Of a stretch of 64,000 bases of DNA, positions 31,320 to 41,306 are shown piece after piece. A program made the position numbers and the translations under genes. This DNA comes from Acidobacteriota bacterium (GTDB taxonomy: Bacteria > Acidobacteriota > UBA890 > WLXD01). The stretch is taken from contig CBDBHB010000009.1 in the NCBI GenBank assembly GCA_965205505.1, positions 128,001-192,000 of the forward strand. The letters run 5' to 3'. Every line of letters begins with the position of its first letter. Positions within the stretch are counted from its first letter, which is position 1. The notes under the pieces were generated by a model, which ran no database searches, had not been told where the DNA came from, and saw only the letters and a program-made list of their open reading frames with translations.

Positions 31320-33482
31320 CTAACGGGTGCCGGAGAGTGTCGCCAGCGGGTTCTCCAGCATCCAGATCTCGGCCCGGTGCCGACCGGCGGAGAACACCAG
31401 TCGGTCGTCGCGCGGGTGCAGCCGGATGTCTCGCAGATCGCGCGGCAGCTCGTCCACCAGAATGCGAGTTACTCCATCCGTACCGGCCCATCCGAGTGAA
31501 TGGCGATCGTCATCGGCGCGCACGTACAGGGCGCCGCTACCGTCGGCGGTCCAGCCGATGACGTCCACCCCCTGCGGGCTCGTACCCAGCGTGGTGATGT
31601 CGCGTCGCTCCCCCGTGGTCAGGCTGATGAACTCGAGGATCCAGCTGGCCGGCTGGTCTGCGTCGCCGCGTCGGATAGCGGCGGCCAGCACCGTGCCGTC
31701 GGGGGCGAACGAGAGGGCGCGTACATTCGCCGGCGAAGCCCCCATCATCAGCACCGTCTCCTCGCGACTATCAACGTTGCGCAGTACCAGATCGCCCTTG
31801 CCTTCTTGTAGTTGTGGGCGGTAGTAGGCCAAGAAGCGACCGTCCGGCGACAGCGCCGGAGCGGCGGCGCAACCGCAGCTCGGGCGGTCCCAGGTGACCA
31901 TCGGCTCCACCGCGGCGGTGTCGACGTCGATGGTATAGATACCCCAGCGACTGTCCGGATCGAGCGCCTCGACCACCAGGTTTCTGCCGTCCGGATGCCA
32001 GCGCGGAGCCAGTACCCTACGTAGGTCCGGCGCCGGGGAGTGCTCTTGACCCGTCTCCAGATCGCGGACAACGAGAATCGTGGGCCCGAGGCCGGCGGGC
32101 AGCATGCCCCGGTCGGACAAGTAGACCATGCGCCGCCCGTCGGCAGATAAAGCAGGCGAACGATTGACCCCGACGAACCGGCTGCCGATAGCTACCCGCT
32201 CACCGATGGCGCCGGTCTGCGGATCGATGGTAGCGGTGTAGATATCGTCGAGGCTGATCTGCTGCGCGTAGACCAGCGCCCCATGATCGGCAAAGCCGAG
32301 CGGGATGCTACGCCCGAAGTCCGGCTTGACGAGCTGCGGCTCCCTGCGCCTGCGGCCATCGCGGCCTACCTGGACGACCCATGCCGCCAGCGTCCCCGTA
32401 CGGTCGCTGACGAACAGCACGTGCCTGCCGTCCGTGGTCCAGATCGGCAGCAGGTCGTTGGCGGGGTGATCTACGAGCTTGGTGGTCACCGAGCCGTCGC
32501 TGGCGATCAGCAGGATATCGTGGGTACCGTCGTCGTCGCGATGGTGGTATGCGATCCAGCGCCCGTCGGGCGACAGTCGCGCGGTTACGGACGCCGTCGC
32601 GCCCAGCTCGGCCACCACGCGGATGCTGCCATCTTCGATCGAGATCAGCACTAGCTCGTGGGTGGTTTCGTCGACATCCACCACGGCCAAGAGATCACCG
32701 CCGTCCGTTGACCAACTCTTGAGCTCGACTTGACGAGGTCGCATCCAACCGGTGAGCACCGTGCGCTCCTCGGACCCGTCCACCGAGATGATGCGGATCT
32801 CGCAGCCAGTCTCGGGCGAGCTCCGCGTATAGGCGATGCTTCGGCCGTCGGGTGATACAACGCTCGAGCGCCACATGTTGCTGTCGAGGGCGCTACCGAG
32901 ATCGGTCACGGCACGCTGGAAACCTCGGTCCAGGTCGTGGATCGCGAGGCTACCGGAGGCGGTGTCGACGAACGAAATGAAGCTCCCGTCAGGCGACAGC
33001 GCGCCGAACGCGTAGGCGTCGGACCCTTCCAAGAGTCGGCGGGCGACCATCGAGTTGCCCACGCCGATGCGCAGCTCGTCGCCCAGCACGGCTCGCGCCA
33101 GGCGCACGAGCTCGCCGAGTCGCGGATCCATAGCGTAGTTCGTGACGATCCGCCGGTGGTGCGCCAGCGCCTCCTCCACGCGACCGACTCGCGAAAGCAA
33201 CACCGCAAGACGAAACTCAGCAACGGCCGCCAGCGGTGCATCAGCATCCGGCGCGCCGAATGCTCGCTCGTACGAAGCAATGGCCGCCTCGGGATTGCCT
33301 ATCGCCTCCTCGAGATGGATGGCTCGCTGCAGGAGCTGACGCGCCGATTCGGGTGCCTGTGGAATCGCGGCGCCGGCGGCGTTCCCATTCGCCACGAGCA
33401 TGGCGCCGCAGAGCGCGACGGTCACGCCGACGATCGTTGCCCCCCGGGAGCGAGAGGCAGTCGGACCGAAGCCAGGGATCAT
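31320..33482 (-). CDS. secreted TPR + PD40 (TolB-like) double beta-propeller protein
   Basis: Signal peptide, helical TPR-like N-terminus, many SPDG/W..DG repeats; ATGA overlap with regulator. Confidence 0.82.
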   Translation of the reverse strand: MIPGFGPTASRSRGATIVGVTVALCGAMLVANGNAAGAAIPQAPESARQLLQRAIHLEEAIGNPEAAIASYERAFGAPDADAPLAAVAEFRLAVLLSRVGRVEEALAHHRRIVTNYAMDPRLGELVRLARAVLGDELRIGVGNSMVARRLLEGSDAYAFGALSPDGSFISFVDTASGSLAIHDLDRGFQRAVTDLGSALDSNMWRSSVVSPDGRSIAYTRSSPETGCEIRIISVDGSEERTVLTGWMRPRQVELKSWSTDGGDLLAVVDVDETTHELVLISIEDGSIRVVAELGATASVTARLSPDGRWIAYHHRDDDGTHDILLIASDGSVTTKLVDHPANDLLPIWTTDGRHVLFVSDRTGTLAAWVVQVGRDGRRRREPQLVKPDFGRSIPLGFADHGALVYAQQISLDDIYTATIDPQTGAIGERVAIGSRFVGVNRSPALSADGRRMVYLSDRGMLPAGLGPTILVVRDLETGQEHSPAPDLRRVLAPRWHPDGRNLVVEALDPDSRWGIYTIDVDTAAVEPMVTWDRPSCGCAAAPALSPDGRFLAYYRPQLQEGKGDLVLRNVDSREETVLMMGASPANVRALSFAPDGTVLAAAIRRGDADQPASWILEFISLTTGERRDITTLGTSPQGVDVIGWTADGSGALYVRADDDRHSLGWAGTDGVTRILVDELPRDLRDIRLHPRDDRLVFSAGRHRAEIWMLENPLATLSGTR

Positions 33483-34171
33483 GGGATGAACTTGTAGCCG
33501 GCGCCGCGCACCGTCAACAGGTGACGTGGGTTCTGCGAGTCGGCCTCGAGCTTCTGCCGCAGGCGATACATGAATGTGTCGATAGTGCGCGTCGTCGGGT
33601 ACGCGTTTAGCCCCCACACGTCATCGAGCAGCCGATCGCGAGTGATCACCTCGTGCGGATGCTCGATCATCAACCGCAACATGGCCACCTCACGGTCGGT
33701 GAGGTCGTACTGCTCGGAGCCCTTGAACACCACGTATTGCCCGAAATCAACCACCGCAGCGCCGATCTCGACCCGTTCGCCGCCGCCGTTTTCATCGCCG
33801 GCACGACGAAGGTGAGCCCGCACGCGTGCCAGCAGCTCCTTCACGCTGAACGGCTTGGTGACGTAGTCATCCGCGCCGGTATCGAGCCCCTCGACCTTGT
33901 CCCCCTCCTGCGACTTCGCTGTGAGCATGATTATCGGGGTGCGGATACCCCTTCGGCGCAGCTCCCGACAAACCTGAATGCCGTCGCGCTTAGGCAGCAT
34001 CACGTCGAGAAGAATCAGGTCCGCGCGACCGGTCAACGCCAGCTCGATACCGACCTCGCCATCGGCCGCCACCAGCACGGCGAATCCGTGATGCTCGAGC
34101 GCGTCGCGGAGCCCGCTGGCCAGGTGAGGCTCATCCTCGATTACCAGGATTGTCGATCGGCGCTCACTCAA
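33479..34171 (-). CDS. OmpR-family response regulator
   Basis: IEDE, LLDVMLP, GADDYVTKPF, TRTIDT..LRQKLE, TVRGAGY. Confidence 0.95.
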   Translation of the reverse strand: MSERRSTILVIEDEPHLASGLRDALEHHGFAVLVAADGEVGIELALTGRADLILLDVMLPKRDGIQVCRELRRRGIRTPIIMLTAKSQEGDKVEGLDTGADDYVTKPFSVKELLARVRAHLRRAGDENGGGERVEIGAAVVDFGQYVVFKGSEQYDLTDREVAMLRLMIEHPHEVITRDRLLDDVWGLNAYPTTRTIDTFMYRLRQKLEADSQNPRHLLTVRGAGYKFIP

Positions 34172-36443
34172 GAGGATCCTTCTCGTTCGGTTGCTCGTCG
34201 AACTTCAGGCTCGTCGTACGCCGGCGTTGTTGCGCCTCGGGGTCGCGCGGCAGCACAACGGTGAAGGTCGTACCGTGGTTCGGCGTGCTCTCGACGTCGA
34301 TGCGACCGCGATGCGCGTCAACGATATGGCGCACGATGGTCAGCCCGATGCCGCTGCCGGCGACGGATCGGAGCTCGGGATTGTCAATACGGCAGAACGG
34401 GTCGAAGATTTGCTCGATGGCCTCGTTGGTCATGCCGACTCCGGTGTCTGAGACGTCGATCCGCACTCCATCGTCCTCGGGTGCCAGGGTCACGGCTACG
34501 TGCTTGTCGCCCTCGCCGATGTACTTGGAGGCGTTCGACAACAGGTTCACAAGCACCTGAGCGATGCCCTCGCGATCGATCCGCACCATCACCGGCTCGG
34601 TCGGAAGGTTGACCTCGAGCTCGATGCCAGCGGTCTCGAACGAGTATCGGTAGCGCTCGATGATATCGGCAATCAGGCGACTCAGATCGTCGGGCCGGAA
34701 GCGGAAATCGCGGCGGCCCGACTCGATACGTGAGAAATCGAGCACATTCTCTATGACGCCGGAAAGTCGCTCGCTCTCGTCGAGCATCACCTGGTAGTAC
34801 TCGGGCTTCTTGGACTCTGGGAGCCATCCGGCCCGGAGGTTCTCGGCGAACATGCGAATCAACGACAGCGGCGTCTTGAGCTCGTGCGAGACATTCGACA
34901 CGAAGTCCGAGCGGGCTCTCGCCAGTGCCACCTCGCGCGAGATGGTGCGGGTGGCGACCACCATCCCTCCTACCACGGCCAGGAAGGCGGCTATCAGCAG
35001 AACAGCGTAGTCCATCACGTCGCGTTGGCCCACCGCCGCCAAGGTGCCGGCGCGTGGGAAGGCGGCGATGCGCCAGCCCGGCAACGCCACCAAGGCGATC
35101 CGGGCGGTCACCTTGTCCTTCGGAGGTTCGCTCGTCGTTGCTATCACGATCTCGTTGGCTGAATCCAGCAGGGCGACACCGTGTCCGCGCCAAGGGCCAT
35201 CTTCTTCCAGCAGGTAGGCCAGTAGCCACTTGACGGTGGCGGGTCGCCACCGCCGGATGAGTCGCCATCCGGTGTTGCCACGCTCGGCGAACACGGTAGC
35301 GCCGCTGACGTCGGCCTGGAGGTTCAGGTAGCTGGTCCGCCACTCCGTCGCGTCGCGTCCGTCGCGCGGATCGCTGGAGACGTCGGTGTTGGAGATCGAG
35401 CGCAGGGCGCGCCTTCCAAGGCCGGTGGAGGTAGCGACGGCCTCGAGTTGCGATGCCTGTCGAACCAGCACGGTGAGCGACGAATCCACGCTCTCGAGAT
35501 CACGATCGCTCGCCAGGATCTTGTCGAGCTGTTGGATCTGCGCTTCGCTTAGCTGGTGCCCGCGCACGGCCGCTTCGAGCTCGCCGCGATAGAACTCGTA
35601 AACGTCGGCATCGAGGTTGAAGCGGTGCTCGATCAAGAATTCGAACGCCCTGAACGTGCTCTCACAGGCGGCCGGTTCGTTGCCGCTCTCGTGGAGCGCG
35701 TTACTCTCCTGCAGGCGTGCCACCACTGCCCAGCGCGACAACTCAGCGTCGAACGGATCGGCGATCTCGACAATGCGCGCGTAGGTTTCGACGGCGCCGA
35801 CCGAACGACCGACCTTTCGTTGAGTGCGCGCCAGCGCGTTGAGCGCGCGGACGCGATCGGTGCCGGTGACGGCCGCCCCCGCCGCGCGGCGGTACATGCG
35901 CTCTGCCATCGTTAGATCGTGCGTTCGCAGCTCGGCGTCCTGACCTCGATCGAAGAGCCATACCGAGGAGTCATCGGTCGGCAACAGAGTTCGAGCGAGC
36001 TCGGCGGAAAAGCTCGGCACCACATTGGTGTCGCTTGCCCGTACCGGGTACACGATGCGCCCGTCGGGGGCGAGCATCAGCATGGGTCGCAGTGCCGGGA
36101 AAGTGCGCTCAGCTTCGTGCAACCTCCGGATGACGCTCTGGTCGGTCCACGGACCCTCCCCGAGCTCGTCGAGCAGCTCACGCTCCCACTCCGCCATGGT
36201 CTCGTCGAGCTTCGTAGTAACTAGGTCCGCAATGCGGACGTAGCGCTCCTCGACAAGCAGCTGACGGGTTGCGGCGCGCTGACTGATCGAGACGATGCTG
36301 ACCACCGCCAGGATAAGGATGGGCAGCATGAACGCCGCGATCAGCCCAAGGCCCGCTCGCGACGTCCAACGAATACCGGACCAGCCGGGCGGCCGCGATT
36401 TCCACCGGCGCATAGAAACTCCCATGAATGGGAATATTCCCAT
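34164..36443 (-). CDS. sensor histidine kinase with TPR-like periplasmic region
   Basis: Two TM helices, SHELKTPL, NLLSNASKY, DTGVG, GSGIGL. Confidence 0.93.
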   Translation of the reverse strand: MGIFPFMGVSMRRWKSRPPGWSGIRWTSRAGLGLIAAFMLPILILAVVSIVSISQRAATRQLLVEERYVRIADLVTTKLDETMAEWERELLDELGEGPWTDQSVIRRLHEAERTFPALRPMLMLAPDGRIVYPVRASDTNVVPSFSAELARTLLPTDDSSVWLFDRGQDAELRTHDLTMAERMYRRAAGAAVTGTDRVRALNALARTQRKVGRSVGAVETYARIVEIADPFDAELSRWAVVARLQESNALHESGNEPAACESTFRAFEFLIEHRFNLDADVYEFYRGELEAAVRGHQLSEAQIQQLDKILASDRDLESVDSSLTVLVRQASQLEAVATSTGLGRRALRSISNTDVSSDPRDGRDATEWRTSYLNLQADVSGATVFAERGNTGWRLIRRWRPATVKWLLAYLLEEDGPWRGHGVALLDSANEIVIATTSEPPKDKVTARIALVALPGWRIAAFPRAGTLAAVGQRDVMDYAVLLIAAFLAVVGGMVVATRTISREVALARARSDFVSNVSHELKTPLSLIRMFAENLRAGWLPESKKPEYYQVMLDESERLSGVIENVLDFSRIESGRRDFRFRPDDLSRLIADIIERYRYSFETAGIELEVNLPTEPVMVRIDREGIAQVLVNLLSNASKYIGEGDKHVAVTLAPEDDGVRIDVSDTGVGMTNEAIEQIFDPFCRIDNPELRSVAGSGIGLTIVRHIVDAHRGRIDVESTPNHGTTFTVVLPRDPEAQQRRRTTSLKFDEQPNEKDPLE

Positions 36444-36584
36444 GAAGATCCGAAGGCCCGGTCAACGCTTTGTCAACATGCGAGGGAGCGCGCCGAGGGA
36501 CGGGGCACTCGCGGCCACCGGGCTGGTGCAACCTTGTTCGGAAGCTCGCTCGCACCGCTGAAGGCGCCGCAAGGACCGAAAACA

Positions 36585-36598
36585 TGGCGGAGGGGGTG
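36585..36598 (-). other. putative att site: 3' end of a tRNA-Ser (CACCCCCTCCGCCA)
   Basis: Reverse complement reads like acceptor stem + G discriminator + CCA; no T-loop or rest of tRNA; 217 bp from integrase start. Confidence 0.65.
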
Positions 36599-36814
36599 AC
36601 CGCTATTTGACGGTTCCGTCATGTTCTCTTACCTTTCTAAAATGTCCTAGAACACCAATATATACAGATAGTTACAGTTACTACGACCGCCTTGCGTGTT
36701 CCATCGAAATCCGTTACATTCCAGATTGTAATTGTATATGGGATTGTTGTTTCTGAGTTCTACCCCTCCGCCCACAACCACTACATACGGTATCGCGGCA
36801 GCAGGACGGACACC

Positions 36815-38023
36815 ATGCCCAAGCAGCGCGGCAGCAGGCATCCGGTCAAGGCGCTGAGCGCCCAGTTTGTGCGCAATGCTCCGCCAGGCTTCTATTGCGA
36901 CGGCAGCGGACTGAACTTGCGCGTGGACCCGTCGGGCGTGCGGCGTTGGGTGCAGCGGCTTGTGATCCAAGGCCGGCCACGGACGCTGGGCCTGGGAGGC
37001 TGGCCGCTGGTGTCGCTGTCCGAGGCCCGCGAGGTGGCGTTTGCAAACCGCAAGCTGGCACGCGCTGGCGGTGACCCGCTGAGCGACAAGCGCAAGGCCC
37101 GGGATACGCCGAGTTTCGCGCAAGCGGCTGCAAAGGTGATCGAGATGCACCGCCCTGGCTGGCGCAACGCCAAACACGCGGCGCAGTGGGAGTCCACGCT
37201 TGCTACGTATGCCTTCCCCCGCATCGGTGCGATGCCGGTGTCGGAGGTAACAACGGCCGAGGTGTTGGAGGTACTGGAACCGATCTGGCATGAAAAGCCC
37301 GAGACCGCACGCAGGGTACGTCAGCGCATCGGTGCGGTGATGAAGTGGGCCGTGGCGCAGGGGTACCGTGGCGACAACCCGGCCGGTGAGGCCATCGCCC
37401 ATGCGCTGCCACGGCACAGCAAGGTCAGAGCCCACATGCGCGCCTTGCCTCATGCCAAGGTGGCCGGTGCAATCGAGGCGGTGCGGGCTTCGGATGCCTC
37501 GATGAGTGTGAAGCTGGCCTTCGAGTTTCTGGTGTTGACGGCATCCCGCTCCGGCGAGGTGCGGTTGGCTACGTGGCAGGAGATGGACCGGGAGGCGGGG
37601 GAGTGGACAGTTGCGGCCGAGCGCATGAAGTCGAAGCGTGCCCACCGGGTACCGCTGTCGACTCGAGCCTTGGAGATCCTGAGCCAGGCGCGGGCACTGT
37701 CGGATAGGGAGACACTGGTGTTCCCAGGCTCGCGAGCTGGTAAGCCGCTGTCGGACGCAACGTTTTCCAAGCTCATGCGGCAGCTGGGTATCGCCGCGGT
37801 ACCGCACGGGTTCCGCTCATCGTTCCGGGATTGGGCGGCGGAGTGCACCAACGCACCGCGGACGGTCATGGAGGCGGCCCTGGCGCATGTAGTACGCGAC
37901 CGGACCGAGGCGGCCTATGCGCGCTCCGACCTGCTGGAGCGCCGCCGGCAGCTAATGAACGACTGGGCCGCTTACCTGAGCGCTGAGGGCGGCAAGGTGG
38001 TACCAATGCTGCGTCCTGCCTAG
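36815..38023 (+). CDS. P4-type tyrosine integrase with Arm-DNA-binding domain
   Basis: YCDGSGLNLRV..LGGWPLVSLSEAR, TASRSGE, MK, HGFRSSFRDW, LAH, AAY catalytic set intact. Confidence 0.93.
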   Translation: MPKQRGSRHPVKALSAQFVRNAPPGFYCDGSGLNLRVDPSGVRRWVQRLVIQGRPRTLGLGGWPLVSLSEAREVAFANRKLARAGGDPLSDKRKARDTPSFAQAAAKVIEMHRPGWRNAKHAAQWESTLATYAFPRIGAMPVSEVTTAEVLEVLEPIWHEKPETARRVRQRIGAVMKWAVAQGYRGDNPAGEAIAHALPRHSKVRAHMRALPHAKVAGAIEAVRASDASMSVKLAFEFLVLTASRSGEVRLATWQEMDREAGEWTVAAERMKSKRAHRVPLSTRALEILSQARALSDRETLVFPGSRAGKPLSDATFSKLMRQLGIAAVPHGFRSSFRDWAAECTNAPRTVMEAALAHVVRDRTEAAYARSDLLERRRQLMNDWAAYLSAEGGKVVPMLRPA

Positions 38024-38036
38024 AGAGTCCTGATGC

Positions 38037-38126
38037 CCATCCAGTGTGACAGTGCAGCAGAGCCTGCCCGTCGCGCTGCGTCACCCTCAGGCGCAGGTTG
38101 CGGTCCTCGTACGCTGGAGATGTCAC
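38037..38126 (-). pseudogene. remnant of primase-type N-terminal zinc-binding domain
   Basis: SPAYEDRNLRLRVTQRDGQALLHCHTG resembles CPAHEDRNPSL....DG..LLHCHAGC; GTGA-coupled to alpA. Confidence 0.55.
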
Positions 38127-38344
38127 TCTGCCGACGGGGAAGGGCCAGGCTCATCACCCCTGGGCATGGCAATCGGACGGCTATCTGCCCACTCTTGGAT
38201 ATCCTCCTGTCGCCAGGCTACGGCACGGCGGCCAATGCGCACCGGACGGGGAAACTCCCCCGCCTCCATCGCAGCGTAGATCGTGGAGCGTGAAAGCCCA
38301 GTCAGCTCCTCGACGTCGGCGCGGCGAAGGAATCTAGTCGTCAT
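38123..38344 (-). CDS. AlpA family regulator / excisionase
   Basis: RFLRRADVEELTGLSRSTIY...GEFPRPVRIGRRAVAW. Confidence 0.92.
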   Translation of the reverse strand: MTTRFLRRADVEELTGLSRSTIYAAMEAGEFPRPVRIGRRAVAWRQEDIQEWADSRPIAMPRGDEPGPSPSAE

Positions 38345-38468
38345 CGTTCGTCTCCCCCTCCGAGGCTCTGCGCAGAAGCTTACGGAACGCTGTTGGGTCC
38401 TTTGACCTGACCCCCCAAAACGGATCCAGAGGTAATCTCACGATCTGGGTCGAAAAGGGGAGGTCAGA

Positions 38469-38747
38469 ATGCCGACGAAGAGGCACAGCGCCGAGCAGAT
38501 CGTACGCAAGCTCCGGGAGGCTGAAGTGGAGCAGGCGCAAGGCGGGACGGTCAAGGATGCCTGCCGCAAGCTAGCGATCACCGAGCACACCTACTATCGG
38601 TGGCGGCGGGAGTACGGGGGGCTGAAGGTCAACCAGGCCAGAAGGCTCAAGCAGCTGGAGAAAGAAAACGCCCGGCTCAAGAAACTGGTGGCGGAGAAAG
38701 AGCTCGACCTGTCGATCCTGAAGGAAGTCGCGGAGGGAAACTTCTGA
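38469..38747 (+). CDS. IS3 transposase OrfA
   Basis: HTH + [16 protein letters not shown] zipper. Confidence 0.93.
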   Translation: MPTKRHSAEQIVRKLREAEVEQAQGGTVKDACRKLAITEHTYYRWRREYGGLKVNQARRLKQLEKENARLKKLVAEKELDLSILKEVAEGNF

Positions 38748-39640
38748 GCCCAGCTCGACGGCGCGAGGCGGTGGCGCATGTACGGGGGCGGCTGGGCGTC
38801 TCCGAGAGGCGGGCGTGCCGGGTACTGAAACAACCACGCACGACACACAGGTACATGCCAAGAGAACCGGGCGATGAGCAGATGTTGACGGAGCGGATCG
38901 TGGATCTAGCCCGACAATACGGGCGCTACGGGTATCGGCGAGTGACGGCGTTGTTGCGTATGGAGGGCTGGTGGGTGAACCACAAACGAGTGCAGCGTAT
39001 CTGGAGGCGTGAGGGGCTGAAAGTACCGACAAAGCAGCCCAAACGAGCCCGGCTGTGGCTCAGCGATGGCTCGTGCATCCGGCTGCGACCACAGCGCAAA
39101 GATCACGTCTGGGCGTATGACTTCGTTCATCACCGGACGCACGAGGGTCGGGCTATGAGGCTGCTGACGATCGTCGATGAGTACACACGAGAAAGCCTGG
39201 CGATCGATGTGGCACGGAAGCTCAACTGTGAGGACGTGCTCGAGCGGCTCGGGTGGTTGTTCGTGCACCGGGGCATACCTAAGCACATCCGGTCCGATAA
39301 CGGACCGGAGTTCACCGCCGAGGCGGTTCGCGACTGGCTCGGTAGGCTCGGTGTGGGCACGCTGTTCATCGAGCCGGGCTCGCCGTGGGAGAACGGCTAC
39401 GTGGAGAGCTTCAACGGCAAGCTCCGAGACGAGCTGCTCAACGGCGAGATCTTCTACACGCTCAAGGAGGCAAAGGTTCTGATCGAGAGATGGAGGCAGC
39501 AGTACAACCGCATGCGACCGCACAGCTCGTTGGGCTACCGACCACCGGCCCCGGAGGCGCTGTTGTTGAAGCCGGCTACGCTCTTGGAGGCGCTTCGCCG
39601 GCCTCAACAACCCCTTGTCAGCACCGAGTTACTGAGATAA
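38744..39640 (+). CDS. IS3 transposase OrfB (DDE core), probably reached by -1 frameshift
   Basis: [43 protein letters not shown]. Confidence 0.93.
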   Translation: MSPARRREAVAHVRGRLGVSERRACRVLKQPRTTHRYMPREPGDEQMLTERIVDLARQYGRYGYRRVTALLRMEGWWVNHKRVQRIWRREGLKVPTKQPKRARLWLSDGSCIRLRPQRKDHVWAYDFVHHRTHEGRAMRLLTIVDEYTRESLAIDVARKLNCEDVLERLGWLFVHRGIPKHIRSDNGPEFTAEAVRDWLGRLGVGTLFIEPGSPWENGYVESFNGKLRDELLNGEIFYTLKEAKVLIERWRQQYNRMRPHSSLGYRPPAPEALLLKPATLLEALRRPQQPLVSTELLR

Positions 39641-39669
39641 GACGTGGTACTAACCGTGGGGTCAGGTCA

Positions 39670-39990
39670 CCTTGGCTTGAAGGCGCACCAGCTTGTTCAT
39701 TTCGAGCGCGGCTCTAATCGACTCAGGCGCTTCCTCTAGCAATCGTTCTTCCTGTGCGCCGAGCCAATCAACGACCTCACCTATTGTCCTAGCGTTGCCG
39801 AAGACCGGCGTCGTGGAGATCGTCAAGCTCGTGGGGTGACGAGCCTCGAAGCCCAGCTGACCTTCGATCAGATCCCCAAGAAATCGGCGGCGCGCACCGG
39901 CGACTTGATGCGGCGTGGGGTAATCGCCGGTGAAAACGGCAGCTTGGGTTAGCTCTTTGAAAATGAACGCATCGAGCATCAACCCGAGGT
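39670..39990 (-). pseudogene. island hypothetical gene upstream of alpA, split by IS and lacking its 5' end
   Basis: Removing IS plus one TSD joins LQAK to DPTAFRKLLRRASEGETNDDD* in frame, ending over the alpA start. Confidence 0.55.
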
Positions 39991-40825
39991 CGACGGCGTG
40001 GTAGGTGTCGCCGATCACTGCGGGGCGGCCACGGACGATTCCTACTTTGGCCACTCCGGGCACCGTGCGCGCTCTGTCCAGGTCGGCCGAGATGAGCGGG
40101 CTCAGGTGCTCGTGATACGGCGACCGAAGGTATGCACCGTACAGCAGCCCGCCGGGACCGAGATCTCCGACATACTGCTGCGCACCGGTCACGATGTCGC
40201 GAGCCCGGACATCGTCCAGCTCCCTGTCCACGTACGACCCGGACAGCTCCTGGCGCGCTGGCGGCTCCAAGTCCACGAGCACGACACTGGAGACAACCAG
40301 CTGGCTCATGCCCACGGTCATGCTCGGGTCTGAGGCCGACACGACACCGCCGCGCCGGACCTGGACTTGCTCCGGGTCCAGTCCCAGAATCTCTGCCCCG
40401 GCCCGCCGCAGCGACATCGAAGCGGCCAGCGCAGTTTGCCAAAACCCCCATCCCACCTGCCGTGTGGCACTGCTGCCCTGGGTAGCTCCATCGTCAGGGC
40501 ACAGCTGTGTGTCGCCCATCACCACGTCGACTGCCTTGGGCGGTATCTCGAGTGCCTGGCTGACGAGGGCGACGATGACCGTCTCCAGACCCTGGCCGAT
40601 CTCGGTGCGTCCGGTGAGCGCCGTTACCGTCCCGTTGGAGCCGATCAGCAGCCAATCGTGGTAGTCGAAGTTCTGCTTCACGTACCGGCAAACTTCGTCC
40701 GCGTTGTCAAAGCGCGCGAAGCGCGGTTGCTGGGACGGCGTTTCTCCAACCGGGAGGAAGCGAAAGCCGTAGGCTATGAATGTCCCGCCGGTGGAGGTGA
40801 TGAACTCGCGGCGTGGAAGCTTCAC
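39990..40825 (-). pseudogene. molybdopterin oxidoreductase large subunit (IorB/CoxL-like), 3'-truncated
   Basis: Tat-like PRREFI, GRTEIGQG, MGDT..CPDDGATQGS, IVTG..YVGD; similarity stops near IGDTYHA at about aa 278. Confidence 0.75.
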
Positions 40826-41304
40826 GACGCTGTCCGTCGGCGTGTTGAGGCCGCTTCGATCGACTCGATGATGTTCTGGTAGCAGCCGCAGCGACAGATG
40901 TTGTCGTCCATAGATTTGATGATCTGTTTGCGCGAAGGAGTGGGGCGCCTACGCAGCAGGTCCGTAGCAGTGATGATCATTCCGGCAGTGCAGAAGCCGC
41001 AGGCGAATCCGTTGTTGTCGATAAATGCTCGCTGCAGCGTCGTCAGCCGCCCATCCTCGGCAAGTCCCTCGATGGTGGTGATCTCATCACCAGCACGGAG
41101 GCTCCAGACCGGCACCGTACAGCTCGTCTGGCGGCGGCCGTTGATCAGCACGCTGCAAGCACCACAGATCCCCACTCCGCAGCCGAACTTGGTACCGGTC
41201 AGCCCGAGTCGGTCCCGCAGCGCCCACAGCAGCGCCTCGTCCGGATAAGCGTTCACCGTGCGGGCTTTCCCGTTTACGGTGATCGAGACGCGCGCGCGCT
41301 GCAT
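40822..41304 (-). CDS. (2Fe-2S)-binding small subunit (CoxS/IorA-like)
   Basis: GTKFGCGVGICGACSV, CGFCTAG, NICRCGCY. Confidence 0.92.
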   Translation of the reverse strand: MQRARVSITVNGKARTVNAYPDEALLWALRDRLGLTGTKFGCGVGICGACSVLINGRRQTSCTVPVWSLRAGDEITTIEGLAEDGRLTTLQRAFIDNNGFACGFCTAGMIITATDLLRRRPTPSRKQIIKSMDDNICRCGCYQNIIESIEAASTRRRTAS

Positions 41305-41306
41305 AT

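Larger units (their letters stand above)
38403..39669 (+). mobile_element. IS3-family element (IS407-like), copy 1, with 4-bp TSD CCTT
   Basis: TGACCTGACCCC...GGGGTCAGGTCA ends; CCTT at 38399-38402 and 39670-39673; orfA/orfB overlap with GGGAAAC slippery motif. Confidence 0.95.
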
